Under the pieces are notes generated by a model. The model saw only the letters and a program-made list of their open reading frames with translations, had not been told where the DNA came from and ran no database searches. A stretch of DNA of 64,000 nucleotides from Chloracidobacterium sp. (GTDB lineage: Bacteria > Acidobacteriota > Blastocatellia > Pyrinomonadales > Pyrinomonadaceae). The stretch covers positions 866 through 64,865 of the forward strand of contig JADJRV010000020.1 in NCBI GenBank assembly GCA_016712045.1, written 5' to 3'. Position numbers and translations under genes: made by a program. Positions 16,395-28,220 of this stretch are shown here, one piece after another; position 1 is the stretch's first letter, and every line of letters starts with the position of its first letter.

Positions 16395-17889
16395 ATGTCT
16401 GGGCATCTCTCGCCGTTTTGGCCGTTGTAGCATATTTCGTCGGCCTAAATCTCCCTTCCCTAGGTCCCGACGAACCGCGTTATGCTCAAGTTGCCCGCGA
16501 GATGTTCGAGCGTGGTGATTGGGTGACGCCGACGCTCGGCGGTTTTACCCTGGTTCGAAAAACCGGCATTGCTCTATTGGTTTGAGATCGCTTTTTACAA
16601 CATATTTGGCGTCAGCGAATTTGCCGCCCGCCTCGGCCCTGCATTTGTGGGCTTGGTACTGTGGCAAGTCTTTGGATATTGGGGCGCCGCATAGATTTTA
16701 AATCCAAAACCGAAGGCCAAAAACCAAAGACCGATTTCGCCAACTGGCTCGCTCTCATCGCAGCATCAACGCTCGGAATACTGATCTTTGCACACGGTGC
16801 GAGCTTTGACATCATCGTCACATTTCCAATGACAGCTGCACTAGTTGGCTTTTTTATTTTTGACCAAGCGAAAGACAGATCATTTAGGTCTTATCATCTG
16901 CCGCTGCTATCTTTTATTTCTTTATTGGAGTTTCGCTACTCGCTAAAGGCCTGATCGGGATAATTTTCCCTTTGCCATCGTCGTTTTTTATCATTTGCTG
17001 GCGTGGAAACTGCCGTCAAAGACCTTTGTACTGAGCCTATTTTGGGGAACGGTTATTGCGGTCGCAGTCGCATCCATTTGGTACGTGCCGGTCATCTCGC
17101 GAAACGGCTGGCCGTTTGTTGACGAGTTTTTATCCAACACCATTTTCAGCGGTTTACATCAAATAAATATCAGCATCCACAGCCGTTTTTTCTTCTTTCT
17201 GTGGGTGTTGCCCTTGATGACATTGCCATGGATGCCGTTCTTTTGCGGCGATATGGAATTTTGTTAGAGGAATATTTCCGCAGAGACGCACAGGCGCAGA
17301 AAGATCAGCCGTCGCCACTGTTCTCCTCTTCGCATCTTCTGCTTTTCTCGATTGCTGGCTCTTAGTGCCGCTTGTTTTCTTTCCCTTTCGGGTTCAAACT
17401 GCCTGGCTATATCCTCCTGGCGGTGCCGGCAGCGGTTATTCTGACCGCGAGCTATATTTATAGGTTAGTAGAGCAAAACGATCGTTGGAAGACGGCTGTG
17501 TTGTCCGGTGCCGCAATTGTGTTTATCACAACCATCGTACTAGCGGCTTTCGTGGTTCCTCGATTTTCGAGCGCCGAGACGGTCAAAGGACTTTTTGAGG
17601 CTGCAAACAAACGGGCTGACAACCGAGCGTGTATTTACGCTACACACGATATCTCACAGCACCGAGTTTTACGCCGCGGGACGACTACTCCGCGAACCGG
17701 ACGGAAAGCTCAAAAAACTCTACAACCCATCCGAGGTCGTGTCCGAAATGCAGCGGGCAGATACTAAGACGGCACTGGTTCTCGTTCCGCTCGAATATCA
17801 GAAGCAATTGACGGATAGCATTCAATTAAGTTCGAAGTGCTTCAAAACAATGGCGAGAGCTTGCAATTGTTGCGGTCAAATTGAAATAA
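16395..17889 (+). pseudogene. ArnT/PMT-like (GT39/GT83) membrane glycosyltransferase, many frame breaks
   Basis: LGPDEPRYAQVAREMFERGDWVTPTLGG / PWFEKPALLYW-like N-terminus, followed by a series of hydrophobic ORF fragments (16661-16954, 16995-17267, 17372-17767, 17595-17933). Boundaries are approximate. Confidence 0.6.
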
Positions 17890-18833
17890 CGATCAACTTT
17901 CGCCGCTTGACGGAGCCGGTCCATCAACGCTGAACCGATTCCAGTCTCTTCGACAGTTTCGCAATAAATGGTGGTAATTCCCTGCCGATCACACTCACGA
18001 AGAAATTCAAAATAGAGTGGGCGTATTCTTCGATCGAGCGACAATACGGGTAATTTGAAATCGTTCACCCGGCATTCATATCCAATATACGCAGATGGTT
18101 CTCTTAAATTTGAAATTTCAAATTTGAAATCCAAGATCAGAACCTTTGCTGACGGCGAATAGTGTTTGTGCTTCAATCCCGGGCTTTTGGGCTGGTCGCC
18201 CGCGTTTAGCTCATAGTTTTGCGTTTCGGGGACAACCGCCTGCATCTGAGTGAGCGAAACCGCACCTTGTCGCAACAATAAGGGAACCTCTCCTGTGCAA
18301 TCCACGACCGTCGATTCCAGCCCGATCTCAGTCGGGTCACCTTGCAATATACAATCAATACGTCCGTCAAGATCCTCAGCGACGGCTTGCCAAGTCGTCG
18401 GGCTTGGGCGTCCTGACAAATTGGCTGACGGGGCAACGACCGGAACGCCGCAAGTCGTAATAAATCGTTGAGCCAGTTCAAATCGCGGCATCCGCACACC
18501 GATCGTGTCGAGTCCGGCGGTTGCAATATACGGCACAGCCTCAGATTTGGGCAAAACAATCGTCAGCGGTCCCGGAAAAAAATGAATTGATAAATTTCTC
18601 AGCATTCTCTGTTACCTCTGTGGCCAATTCTCCGATCTGGCCGACCTTCGAAATATGTGCGATTAGCGGATTGTCGGCCGGACGGCGTTTCGCTTCGAAT
18701 ATCTTTGCGACAGCTTGTTCATCAAAAACATTTGCCCCGAGCCCATAAACAGTCTCGGTTGGAAACGCGACTATGCCTCCGCGCTTTGATATTCGGCGGC
18801 TTTGAGCGGATCGTTTGTCAGAACAGTTTTCAC
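17826..18833 (-). pseudogene. tsaC: L-threonylcarbamoyladenylate synthase (Sua5/YrdC family), frame break in the A7 run at 18576-18582
   Basis: KRGGIVAFPTETVYGLGANVFDEQAVAKIFEAKRRPADNPLIAH, then FPGPLTIVLPK...APSANLSGRPSPT, plus the Sua5 C-terminal domain. Confidence 0.8.
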
Positions 18834-18989
18834 AAAAGAAGTTTTACGCAAAGCCGCCAAGAACGCAAAGGAAGATATTCACGCACGGGCCAGAGTTAAG
18901 ATAAAATATTAATAAAAAGTTTTAGCACCGCGTCACGCGGTTAAATCTCAGTGTTCTCCGAGCTGTGGTGAATTTCCGCTTCAGCCTAA

Positions 18990-20835
18990 GTGGTGACCAT
19001 CGCCGACAAACTCAAAGATCTGCCGACCGCGTCGGGTATTTACATTCATAAAAACGATGCCGGTAAGATCATCTATGTCGGCAAGGCAAAGAATCTGCGG
19101 AGCCGTGTGCGGCAGTATTTTCAGTCGAGCCGCAACATGGATCCTAAGACGCGTCGGCTGGTGAGCTTTATTGCGGATTTTGAGTTTATTGTAGTTGATA
19201 ACGAAGTTGAGGCACTCGTACTTGAATCGAATCTGATAAAAAAGCACAAGCCTCGATTCAACGTCCTGCTCAAGGACGACAAAACGTACCCGCATCTCAA
19301 ACTCACCAACGAGCCGTTTCCAAAGGTCGTTGTCACCCGCCGGATCGTCCGTGACGGTTCGAGTTATTACGGCCCGTTTCTGCCCGCGACGCTTGCGCGT
19401 AAGACTTTGAACCTTGTAAATCGTGCATTCCAACTCCGCACCTGCGAGATCGAGATCACAGGTAAGCTACCGCGTCCGTGTCTCGAGTATCATCTAAAAC
19501 GCTGTCTCGGCCCGTGCGTCAAAGGGCTCTGCTCGCCGGAGGAATATAAAGAGGCGGCGGCTGACGTCAAGATTTTACTGGAAGGCAAAACAAAGAGCTC
19601 GCCAAAACGCTCGAAGCCCGGATGTGGCAATACGCCGAAGAAAGCAAATACGAGCTGGCGGCAAAATACCGCGATCTTGCATCACACGGTTCTCGCTCTG
19701 AGCGAGACTCAAAGATGGCGACGACCGCCGACCGCGACGTCGATATTATAGGCTTTTACCGAGAGAATCAGCGGCTCGCTTTGCAGCTTTTTACCATGCG
19801 CGAAGGGCGTATCGTCGGCCGCCGTGAGTTTTTTTGGGAAGACCTGCCTGATGACGATTTGTTCAACTCGTTCGAATTCTTGCGTGAGGTCCTGATCCAA
19901 TATTATTCGACCGATTATGTCCCGCTTGAGATCCACGTGCCGCAGGATTTTGACGATCGCGCGATCCTGGAACAGCTCCTATCCGAACGTCGTGGCCGGA
20001 AGGTTAAAATTCTCGACCCGAAACGCGGCAAGAATCGGCACCTCGTCACATTGGTCGAAACTAACGCCAAGATCGCGTTCGAACAGCGTTTCCGCGTGCT
20101 CAAACCCGATTCGCAAAAGGTGCTCGAAGAGCTGCAAGAGCTATTCGAACTATCGTATTTCCCGGAGCGGATCGAGTCGTTCGATATTTCGAACATCTCC
20201 GGCAGCGAGAACGTCGCGGGCATAGTCGCTTTTGAGAATGGTAAGCCCGCTCGGGTAAATTACCGCCGTTTAATAATCAAATCGGTCGACGGCGCGAACG
20301 ATTTCGCCTCAATGCACGAGGCTGTGTTTCGCCGCTATCGTCGGCAGAAAGAAGAGGAACAGCCTCTGCCGGAACCTCATCTTCATCGACGGCGGCAAGG
20401 GCCAGCTGCGCGCCGCCGCCGCGATGCAAGCACTCGATCTCGAGCAAATAATGCTCGTCGGGCTCGTCAAACCGCCAAAACAGCACAATCAGATCTCGCA
20501 TCTGCTGATCCACGGCCGCGAAGATCGGCCAATCCCGTTCGACCGCAATTCGCTCGCGTTCCGCCTGATTTTGCAGATCCGCGAAGAAACGCACAAAACC
20601 GCCATCGAGTTTCACCGCAAACGCCGCGAGAAACGCGATTTCTCATCCTGAATTGTCGGAGATTCCCGGCGTCGGTGACAAACGAAAGATGAAACTGCTA
20701 CGCGAATTTGGCCCGATCGAACGTATCGCCAAAGCCGAAGCCTTCGAACTCAAACCATTCGTCGGGGCAAAGACCGCAATCGAGATCTTCACGCATTTCA
20801 AAATCAGCGAGATCGCCCAGAGCCATTTTGAGGCG
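18990..20835 (+). pseudogene. uvrC: excinuclease ABC subunit C, at least three frame breaks; 3' end runs into the junk tract
   Basis: GIY-YIG domain (SGIYIHKNDAGKIIYVGKAKNLRSRVRQY), UVR domain (YELAAKYRD), RNase H-like domain (ESFDISNISG...DLIFIDGGKGQL) and HhH2 (EIPGVGDKRKMKLLREFG), spread over four frames. Confidence 0.85.
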
Positions 20836-21295
20836 ACTTTTGGGGGGAAATTTTGTTTTTTTTTTGTGGGTTTTTTGTTTTTTTTGTGGTCAACTTCGGC
20901 GGGGGGTCCCTTTTTTTTTGGGTTTGGAAAAAACGGTTGGGGGAAGGGGGGGTGGGGGCGGGGGGTTTGTTTTGTTTGTTTTTTTGTTTGGTCGGCCTTT
21001 TTGTGGGATACACTTTTTGGGAAAAAAAAGGGGGGGGTGGTCGGTTTTGTTTTTTTTTGTTTGGGGTTTGTTTTGGGGTTTGAATTTTGGCGGGTTAGGC
21101 TGGGGGGGGTATTTGGGGTGGGGGGGGGGGGGGGGGGGGGGGGGGGCGGGCGGGCGACAAATGAATAAGGCCCCGGGGGCGCCGCGCGGCGGGGGGGGGC
21201 CCCCGGGGGGGGGGGGGGGGGGGGGGGCGGGGGCGGGGGGGGCCCGCGGGGGGCCCGCCCCGGGGGGGGGGGGGGACGACAAAAGCGGCCCTCGT
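20836..21295. other. 460-nt low-complexity tract: G/T homopolymer runs grading into nearly pure G/C runs (probable sequencing or assembly artefact)
   Basis: Read directly. Includes G runs of more than 20 nt at about 21120-21146 and 21205-21227. No coding potential apart from poly-Gly/poly-Pro shadow ORFs. Confidence 0.85.
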
Positions 21296-21385
21296 TTTGG
21301 CGCTGTGAGGTACAGCGACGTTGCCGCACACGTTTGGACGAGGGCCTGTTTCGACCTTTGGGCGTTACCGCCCGATGGTCAAACC

Positions 21386-22390
21386 TTAGTTTTTCTTGAC
21401 ATAGGTCTTATGGACCACTAGTTTCGACTTTTCGTCGACGGCTTCGATCATCACGTTATCCTTGTTCTCGCGTTTGACAAGCTTTGCCCCGGCGGTCGCA
21501 CGCTCGGTTGGTTTTGCCTTGTCTGAATCGGTTATAAAGCCTTTCACCGCATCTGCTTTGACCTCGTCGGCGAGACGAACACCGCGTTGAGCCGAAACTG
21601 CTTCGGTCGCTGTGGCTTTGAGATTCTTACTCCAAAGCTTTTTGAACAGCGAATTCGACACAAAAATATCGGCACTGTTTATCTGGCCGTTGATGGCGAA
21701 CGCGTAGCCGATCACGTCGGATTTGCCGTCGATGATGCTGCTGAGTTTTTTGATGTATTCATCGACGTTCGCCACGACCTTGCGGTTCTCAAGGCTCAAT
21801 TGCAAACTCGACGCCGAATCGCCCGGAATTTACGGTTCTGCCGATATTGTTCAGGCCGCCTGTGGGCCTCTGACGACCTTTGCCCATACCTCTTTCTGTG
21901 AACGTGACGCGTTTGCCGCGATCTTTAGGTCGCGGGTGACGATGCGGTCGTTTGAGCTGGTAATTGCTTTGAGTCCTCATTGCCGCTTTTCCCAACGCCC
22001 CGATTCGACGCAAAACGCCTCGATCTTTACACGCCCCGACCTTGCCGGAATGATGATGCTGACGGCCAGTACGCGGTCCTGTTTTCCGCCCTTGACGATG
22101 TCGCCGGACTGGATAAACACGTCCTGTTCTTTTGACAGATTCTCGACCTCCAGCTCATTGACCTCCGACGTTTCATAGACCTTGAACAGCTTTCGCTCCA
22201 TCGCCTCTTGCAGCGTCATCATGTTGGTCTTTTTCGATTCGTCCTTGCCGTGGACAAGAAAAATGGAGAGATTTTTGTAAGTGTACGGTGCCGAGATCCG
22301 ATAGCCACTGCTCTGTGCCGTCGCAGTCGCCGCCACACCCGAGATCAACGCAATTATCGACAAAATGCCGATCTTTAGTCTTGTATTCAT
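21386..22390 (-). pseudogene. secreted conserved hypothetical protein, interrupted by three in-frame stops / compensating indels at 21805-21979
   Basis: AAGGAG precedes ATG 22390, followed by a signal peptide. The N-terminal ORF (…GGKQDRVLAVS…CVESGRW) and the C-terminal ORF (21386-21805) are in the same frame. Confidence 0.55.
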
Positions 22391-22849
22391 ATAACAACTC
22401 CTTAGAAAAAATACGTAAATTGTGCTCGGGAGAGCGTCGCCTTATGTATTTGGAACCGAGTTGTTCGCGATTTCTTGCAAAAGTTGTCCTTTTGGTCCGG
22501 TCCGGACCAAGGAAAGTGGACCAAGATTTGTCAGTACCGGGAGTTGTAGCGCCGGGGCGCTTTACCCGCTTCGCAATCTTAGCCATCGGGGTGACGAAAA
22601 ATGGGGCCTGCGAGTGTGAAGGTTGCGTCGTGTCGGAACGTCGGCGGTGGCATAACAATGACGTGCAATATTGTGCCGCCGTTTCACGGCTCTAATGTTT
22701 GTTGTGCACCCACCCTTGCGTGTGGGCCAACACTCGGCTCCGCCGGAAAAAGCTTCGCTTCGCGAGGCCTTTTACTGAATTTGGGTTAAATGTGTGCAAT
22801 CCGTCAGCAGTTTCAGCGGCAATACAAAATCGAAAGGAGAAATCTATTT

Positions 22850-23791
22850 ATGTCAGATAAGATCTCGGCAAAAGAGGTGATCGTTGGTGTCATTGTGCTT
22901 GCGGTCGTGGGGGCGGCGATGTTTTATACGCTGAGCGTTTTTAACGCCGAGAGCGGGCAAAAGGTGATAGATATATCGCAGCAGGGCGACAAAGAGGCGA
23001 GCCATATCGAGACGCATGTAAAGCTGACGGCGATCGACCCGATCAAGGGCGATGCGTCGGCGAGGTTTGAGTTTGTGCCGAGCGACAATCTGCTGGCTGA
23101 GGACGGCACACTCAAGCAGGAGTTGAAACTGTACGTTAACAGTGCGAACGGCAAGCAGGAGATCGATTTTGCCAAAGGCAAGCTGATGACGCCCGTCGAG
23201 GCCGTTTTTAACATGCACGGCGGCCAGGGCGACGCAATACCCTTTTTGACAAATACGTCGCCGACATCGACATCTATATCACCAAGGGAAAGTTGACGAA
23301 AAGAAACCGGCAACGGCTCGCGGCAAAAGAACCCGCTGACGGTGAAACCGCCGGCGAACCGCTGCAAGACAGAGGATGACGATCGCGGAACTTGCGATCT
23401 CGGTCGATTTCCTCGGCTCGATACCCGGCTACAAGATCGACGCCACAAGGCAAAAATACACTGAGATCGATTTTGTCGGTATCGAGACCAAGATCGAGCG
23501 TTCGGGACGGTGGTGTTTGTATCGATGTTCGTGTCGGTGCTGATGTGGGTGCTGACGATCGGGATGCTGTTCTTCGTCATCAGCCTGTTCATGCGCGGCC
23601 GCAAGGTCGAGATCGCAATGTTCTCATTTATGGGGGCAATGCTGTTTGGCTTTTACGCGATACGCAATTCGCAGCCAAACGTCCCGCCGATCGGCGTCTA
23701 TAGCGATTTCTTATCGTACATCTGGTGTGAGATCATCGTCGGCTTTCTGCTCGCATGCCTCGTCGCGTGGGTTTTGCGGCCGGCGAAATAG
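22850..23791 (+). pseudogene. membrane protein of unknown function (N-terminal TM, C-terminal multi-TM), frame-broken
   Basis: AAAGGAGAAA upstream of ATG 22850 (MSDKISAKEVIVGVIVLAVVGAAMF...). The C-terminal hydrophobic part lies in ORF 23510-23791. Confidence 0.5.
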
Positions 23792-23826
23792 GTTTATCAA
23801 GTTTTTTATTATACGGAGGCTATTAA

Positions 23827-24469
23827 ATGAAATCGATACTTACATTAGGAATGATCACATTTGCCCTGACGTTTTGCGGGCTGGGCGACAAACTAAAAGG
23901 CCTGAGCGGCTCAGGCGGCAGCAATACTAATACGACGACGACAGGCTCAAATTCGTCATCGACCTCGTCATCATCGTCAACCGCAGAACAGGCAAAGCCA
24001 AATGCCGCCCAGCAGGCGATCATCGACGGCGGCACCGAGACCAAATGGGACGATCAGGGGCTGTCGTGGAAACTGCCTGCGGGTTGGAGCAAGATGGATG
24101 TAAAGAAGAGCGTTTAACTACAAATCGCCGGACAATGCGTTTTTACTCGTAAATATTTCGGTGCTTGGAGATAATTTCCCTGCGGATGTCAGCCTCAAGG
24201 CCTACTACGATCAGGCGATGCAGCAGCTAAAGAACGGTAAATACGAATCGGTCAAGATGGTCGAGATCGACGGCATCCAAGGTGTCGAATTTACCGAAGC
24301 ACCGCCCGAGGGCAAGGACGATCCGCGACGCCACCAATGGATCGCGTACCGCAAATACCTCGGCCAAACGCAGCAGTTAAACGTAATGACGTCAACGAAG
24401 GGCACGAACTTTAACAAGCACACGGACGATTTCACCGCGATACTTTATTCAATGAAAGCGGTTAAATAG
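23827..24469 (+). pseudogene. lipoprotein of unknown function, one frame break near 24110-24160
   Basis: Lipobox LTFCG after MKSILTLGMITFA, followed by a Ser/Thr-rich linker. The C-terminal domain lies in ORF 24161-24469. Confidence 0.55.
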
Positions 24470-24484
24470 TAAGAAAACGCAAGA

Positions 24485-24512
24485 AAAAGCCCGACTCAAT
24501 CGGCGGGCTTTT
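24485..24512. terminator. bidirectional rho-independent terminator
   Basis: AAAAGCCCG-actcaatcgg-CGGGCTTTT between convergent genes. Confidence 0.6.
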
Positions 24513-24517
24513 CTTAA

Positions 24518-25149
24518 TTTGAGCTCTGAGTCTTCGTGAAGCGTTGGTGCGTCCGCGTGCGGGACAAAACATTTACGGCACCTAGGCCTCGTATTTATCG
24601 CTCGCTCCGACCTCGACGCGGGCGTCGGATTCGACCGTTCGTTGTGAGTAGTTAGCTGTAGCACCGCATTTGACGCAGATGGCGTGGGTTTTTGTGATAA
24701 ATTCGGCAACTGCCAGCAATTGCGGCATCGGCTCAAAGGGCTTTCCGGTATAGTCCTGATCGAGCCCCGCGATGATGACGCGTTTGCCGCGTTCGGCCAG
24801 TTCATTGACGGCGGCGATGATCGCCATGTCAAAAACTGTGCTTCGTCGATGCCGACAACCTCGGTGTCTTCGAGAACGTGCGACATCATCCCGGCGGTAT
24901 CGGCCACGGGATCGAGAGATGCCTTTGACCGGAATGCGACGCGATCTCTTCGTCGGAGTAACGCACGTCGATGCCCGGCTTAAAAACCTGGACCTTTTGC
25001 CGTGCAATACGCGCACGCGTCAGCCGGCGGATAAGCTCTTCGGATTTACCCGAAAACATCGACCCGGCGATCACCTCGATCCAGCCTGTTCCGTTATGAC
25101 GCACCTTGCGGCGTTCGTCCGCATTGTCGAACGCAAATTCTTCAACCAT
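24518..25149 (-). pseudogene. tdk: thymidine kinase, frame-broken (3' boundary approximate)
   Basis: P-loop [14 protein letters not shown], then [11 protein letters not shown]...[16 protein letters not shown]...AICVKCG...YEA...RCRKC, spread over three frames. Confidence 0.8.
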
Positions 25150-25247
25150 ATTTCTTTACCGATCATGTATTCGAAAGACAATTATAGGAAAAAGCCGGCG
25201 GGTTAAAATCAGCGATGTTCGAAATGCGCGATCGGCATGCTAATCGG

Positions 25248-26160
25248 TCAGTTCGACACCGACTTTACGACCTGATCGACCGTGATCTGAGCCAGCGGAC
25301 GGTCGTCGAGCACCCGTAAATTATCGATCAACGGCCGAAAGAACGTCGGCGAACCCAGCTCTGAGAGCAAGACTATCCCTATTCCCGCGACCGCCCCAAG
25401 ATGCATCGGGCCGGTGTCGCCGACGGCCAGAACCGCCCGTCACGCATATCGCGTTCCTCGGGGCCGAGGAAAACCAGAACCTGTTTAGTCGGATCTCCGG
25501 AAAGCCGTCGAGCCACCGCGACAAATTCTCAACAAGCCAACCGCCTCGTCGGATGTCCTGCCCCGAGAAACAGTCCGATCAAAGTCTTGTTTTCGATGCC
25601 ACGTTCTTTCAAATACGACCTTGCATTCTCAACGCTTTCGGCTGGAGGCGTTATCGTGACCGTGCGATCTATGTTGTTAAGCCCCAATGCCTCAAGAACA
25701 GCAAGATAGCGGTCAGTATGATGTTTGGTTTTGTCTTCGGCGGGAGGCTTGACCGGAAAATTTGAAAGCCGGTCGATCGAACGGCGATCACGGTTTGCAA
25801 ATAATCGATGCTTCGCACCGGAGAGAAACCCGAGCAGATTTGTCTCATACAAACTATTAAGATCGATCACTAGATCAAATTTTCGGCGGCGAACATCTTT
25901 AACTGATCCGGCCCATTTCAGTGATCGACTCAAACCCGTTTGCCGTCACGCAATTTCACGCGGTCAACCGCGATCTGATCATCAGCGACCTGCCCAAGAC
26001 GAATGATCTCCGCGGTCGATGTGCCGGACATGACCGTTATTTTGGCGTCCGCAAAATGATCACGGATCGCTCTGAGAGCAGGTAGTCCGAGCACCACGTC
26101 GCCGAGCTGGCCGAAATGGATAACGAGGATATTTTTGTATTCAGGATGAGCTTTGGCCAA
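25248..26160 (-). pseudogene. glycosyltransferase family 9 (heptosyltransferase-like), frame-broken
   Basis: N-terminus KNILVIHFGQLGDVVLGLPALRAI and C-terminus GDTGPMHLGAVAGIGIVLL lie in different frames. Confidence 0.75.
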
Positions 26161-26169
26161 GCCGATATT

Positions 26170-27713
26170 TTACAACATTCTCAGGTCAGAGCCCGTCATC
26201 TCGTCGGGCTTTTTGATGCCGAGGACACTCAATATCGTCGGGGCGATGTCTGACAGAGAGCCGTCTTCACGTAAGCGAACGCCGTTAGACGATGCATCGA
26301 GATAATGGAATGGGACGGGATTCGCCGTGGCGGTGACGCAGGCTTCGCCGCTGTCGAGGTCGATCATTTTTTCGCAGTTGCCATGCGTTGACGTGATCAT
26401 GACGACACCACCGGCTTGCTGAACACTCTCGCAAAGACCGCCGATACAGGTGTCGATATACTGGATCGCGGCGACCGTTTTATTGACATCACCCGTCTCC
26501 GCCATCATCTCCGCGGCCGGAATATTTGCGATAAAAACTCCGTTTGGGGCGATCTCAAGACTGCTGAGCAGACGGTCGGTAATCTTAAAGCTCTGACTTT
26601 CGGGCTGATCCGCCGATCTATTAGCCGAGATGAGGATCTGCTCCTCGAAATGGGCTTGCAGGTCGGCACCGCCGTCAAAAAAATGCGTGAGATGCGGAAA
26701 CCGCGAACTTTCTGTGATCTTAAAACTCGGGATCTGCAGCGACGATAAAACCTCAGCCAAAGTTCCTTTTTCCGGCTCCTGCCGAAACGCGGCGGGCAGG
26801 TTGAACGCACGGTCATATTCGGTAAGGCACACCGTATCGAGCATCGGTTTGGCTGACACCGTTTCGTCCGGTATGCATAACGCCCGGACAAGCTGCCGCA
26901 TCGTGTCGGCACGATGATTAAAAAATACGACGAGATCGCCGTTGCAAACCTTGGCGACGGGCACGTCAGGCGACTTTTCAATAATGATCGGCGAAATAAA
27001 TTCGTCAGAGATGCCGCGTAAAAATGAGTTGCGGATGGCGTTTACGGCGTCGTTCGTCCGCTCGCCCTCAGCGTGGACCAGCATCGTAAATGCCTGGGCC
27101 GTGCGTTTCCCAACGCTCGGCACTGTCCATAGCAAAAAAGCGTCCACAGAGCGTCGCGATCTCGCCGATGCCTATGTCAGCCAGCTTTATCTCAAGCGCC
27201 TCGACGTAGATGTCCGCCGTTCGCGGAGCAACATCGAGCCCGTCGAGGATGCAGTGGATATAAACCTTTGTTAAGCCGTGAGATTTTTGCGAGACGCAGC
27301 AAAGCGAATAAATTCTCAGTCGATGAATGCACCCCGCCATCGCTCAAAAGCCCGATCAGATGGATGGCCGCACCGGTTCCGTTCGCTTTGGTAAAGGCAC
27401 GGTTGAGCACCTTGTTTTCCTTAAAATCATCCGACGCGATGGCGTCGCTGATCCGCGAAGTTTCCGTCTGAGCCCGTCGTCCGGTTCCAATATTGAGATG
27501 GCCGACCTCGGCACTGCCCGGTTGTTCGTCGGATTGTCCGACCGAAGTTCCGGCCGCAGCAAGCGTCGTCATGGGAAAGCGTTCGCAGATCTTGTCGTAG
27601 TAAGGAGTGTGCGCGATCGCGATCGCGTTGCCCTCGGTGCGCGGAGCAAAACCCCAGCCATCGAGGATGACGAGTGCGACCGGACGCCGATTTATTGCAA
27701 TTGTTGAACTCAT
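26170..27713 (-). pseudogene. gpmI: 2,3-bisphosphoglycerate-independent phosphoglycerate mutase, frame-broken
   Basis: VALVILDGWGF...SAEVGHLNIGTGR...LIGLLSDGGVHS; VYIHCILDGLDV...GEIATLCGRFFAMD; RTAQAFTMLVHAEGE...TSTHGNCEKM, in three frames. Confidence 0.85.
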
Positions 27714-27779
27714 TAGGGATCTGTCGAAGACTGCCTATTACGATTATAAACGAAACAGCGGTGAGGCGTGCAACAATTT

Positions 27780-28219
27780 CTAGTACGCGTCCGGAGCCGG
27801 TTTTTCCATCCAGCGTTCGGGGAAACTGAAGCTCTTCAAACCCGTATTGTTCATAGAGCCCATGGGCATCACGCGTCGCCAATAGCCAACGCCGCAGCCC
27901 TTGCATATCTGGTTGTTCGGTGATCACCTGCATCAGCCATTTGCTCAGGCCCTTGCCGCGATGTGCCTCTAAAATAAAGACATCACCGATGTACGCAAAC
28001 GTCGCTCTATCTGTAACAACGCGGGCAAAACCGACCAATTCCCTGCCGTGATAAACGCCGTAACACAATCGAATTTTCGACCGCCTTCAGCGTCTGTTCG
28101 AGCGGACGATTCTTGGCCCAATAAGACTCGCCCGAAAGAAACCGGTGGATCGCTGCCAGATCTAGCCGCCGCTTGTCGGTGTCGATCTCGTACAGGCCTT
28201 TTCGTGGTTTTTGTTTCAC
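27780..28219 (-). pseudogene. GNAT family N-acetyltransferase, frame-broken
   Basis: ...IHRFLSGESYWAKNRP...VGFARVVTDRATFAYIGDVFILEAHRGKGLSKWLM...DAHGLYEQYGF. A CCCC run near the 3' end shifts the frame. Confidence 0.7.
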
Positions 28220-28220
28220 C

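Noticed and set aside
18105-18135. AT-rich palindrome AAATTTGAAATTTCAAATTTGAAAT as a possible regulatory site.
   Set aside because: It lies inside the Sua5 C-terminal domain coding region (…DFKFEISNLRE…), with no intergenic context.
20643-21421. Long ORFs on both strands (228-aa Pro-rich, 237-aa Gly-rich and others) across 20.6-21.4 kb.
   Set aside because: They are pure translations of G/C and G/T homopolymer runs (poly-Pro, poly-Gly). They overlap each other in several frames and start inside the uvrC 3' end. They are artefacts of the low-complexity tract, not genes.
22173-22695. ORFs of 161 aa (minus) and 135 aa (plus) covering the long intergenic region.
   Set aside because: They overlap each other and the start of the adjacent gene in a different frame. 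They have a basic, low-complexity composition and no start context.
24449-24907. 152-aa minus-strand ORF extending past the tdk region into the neighbouring lipoprotein gene.
   Set aside because: It contains tdk segments read in a shifted frame, and it runs straight through the bidirectional terminator hairpin (24485-24512). It is read-through created by a frame error.
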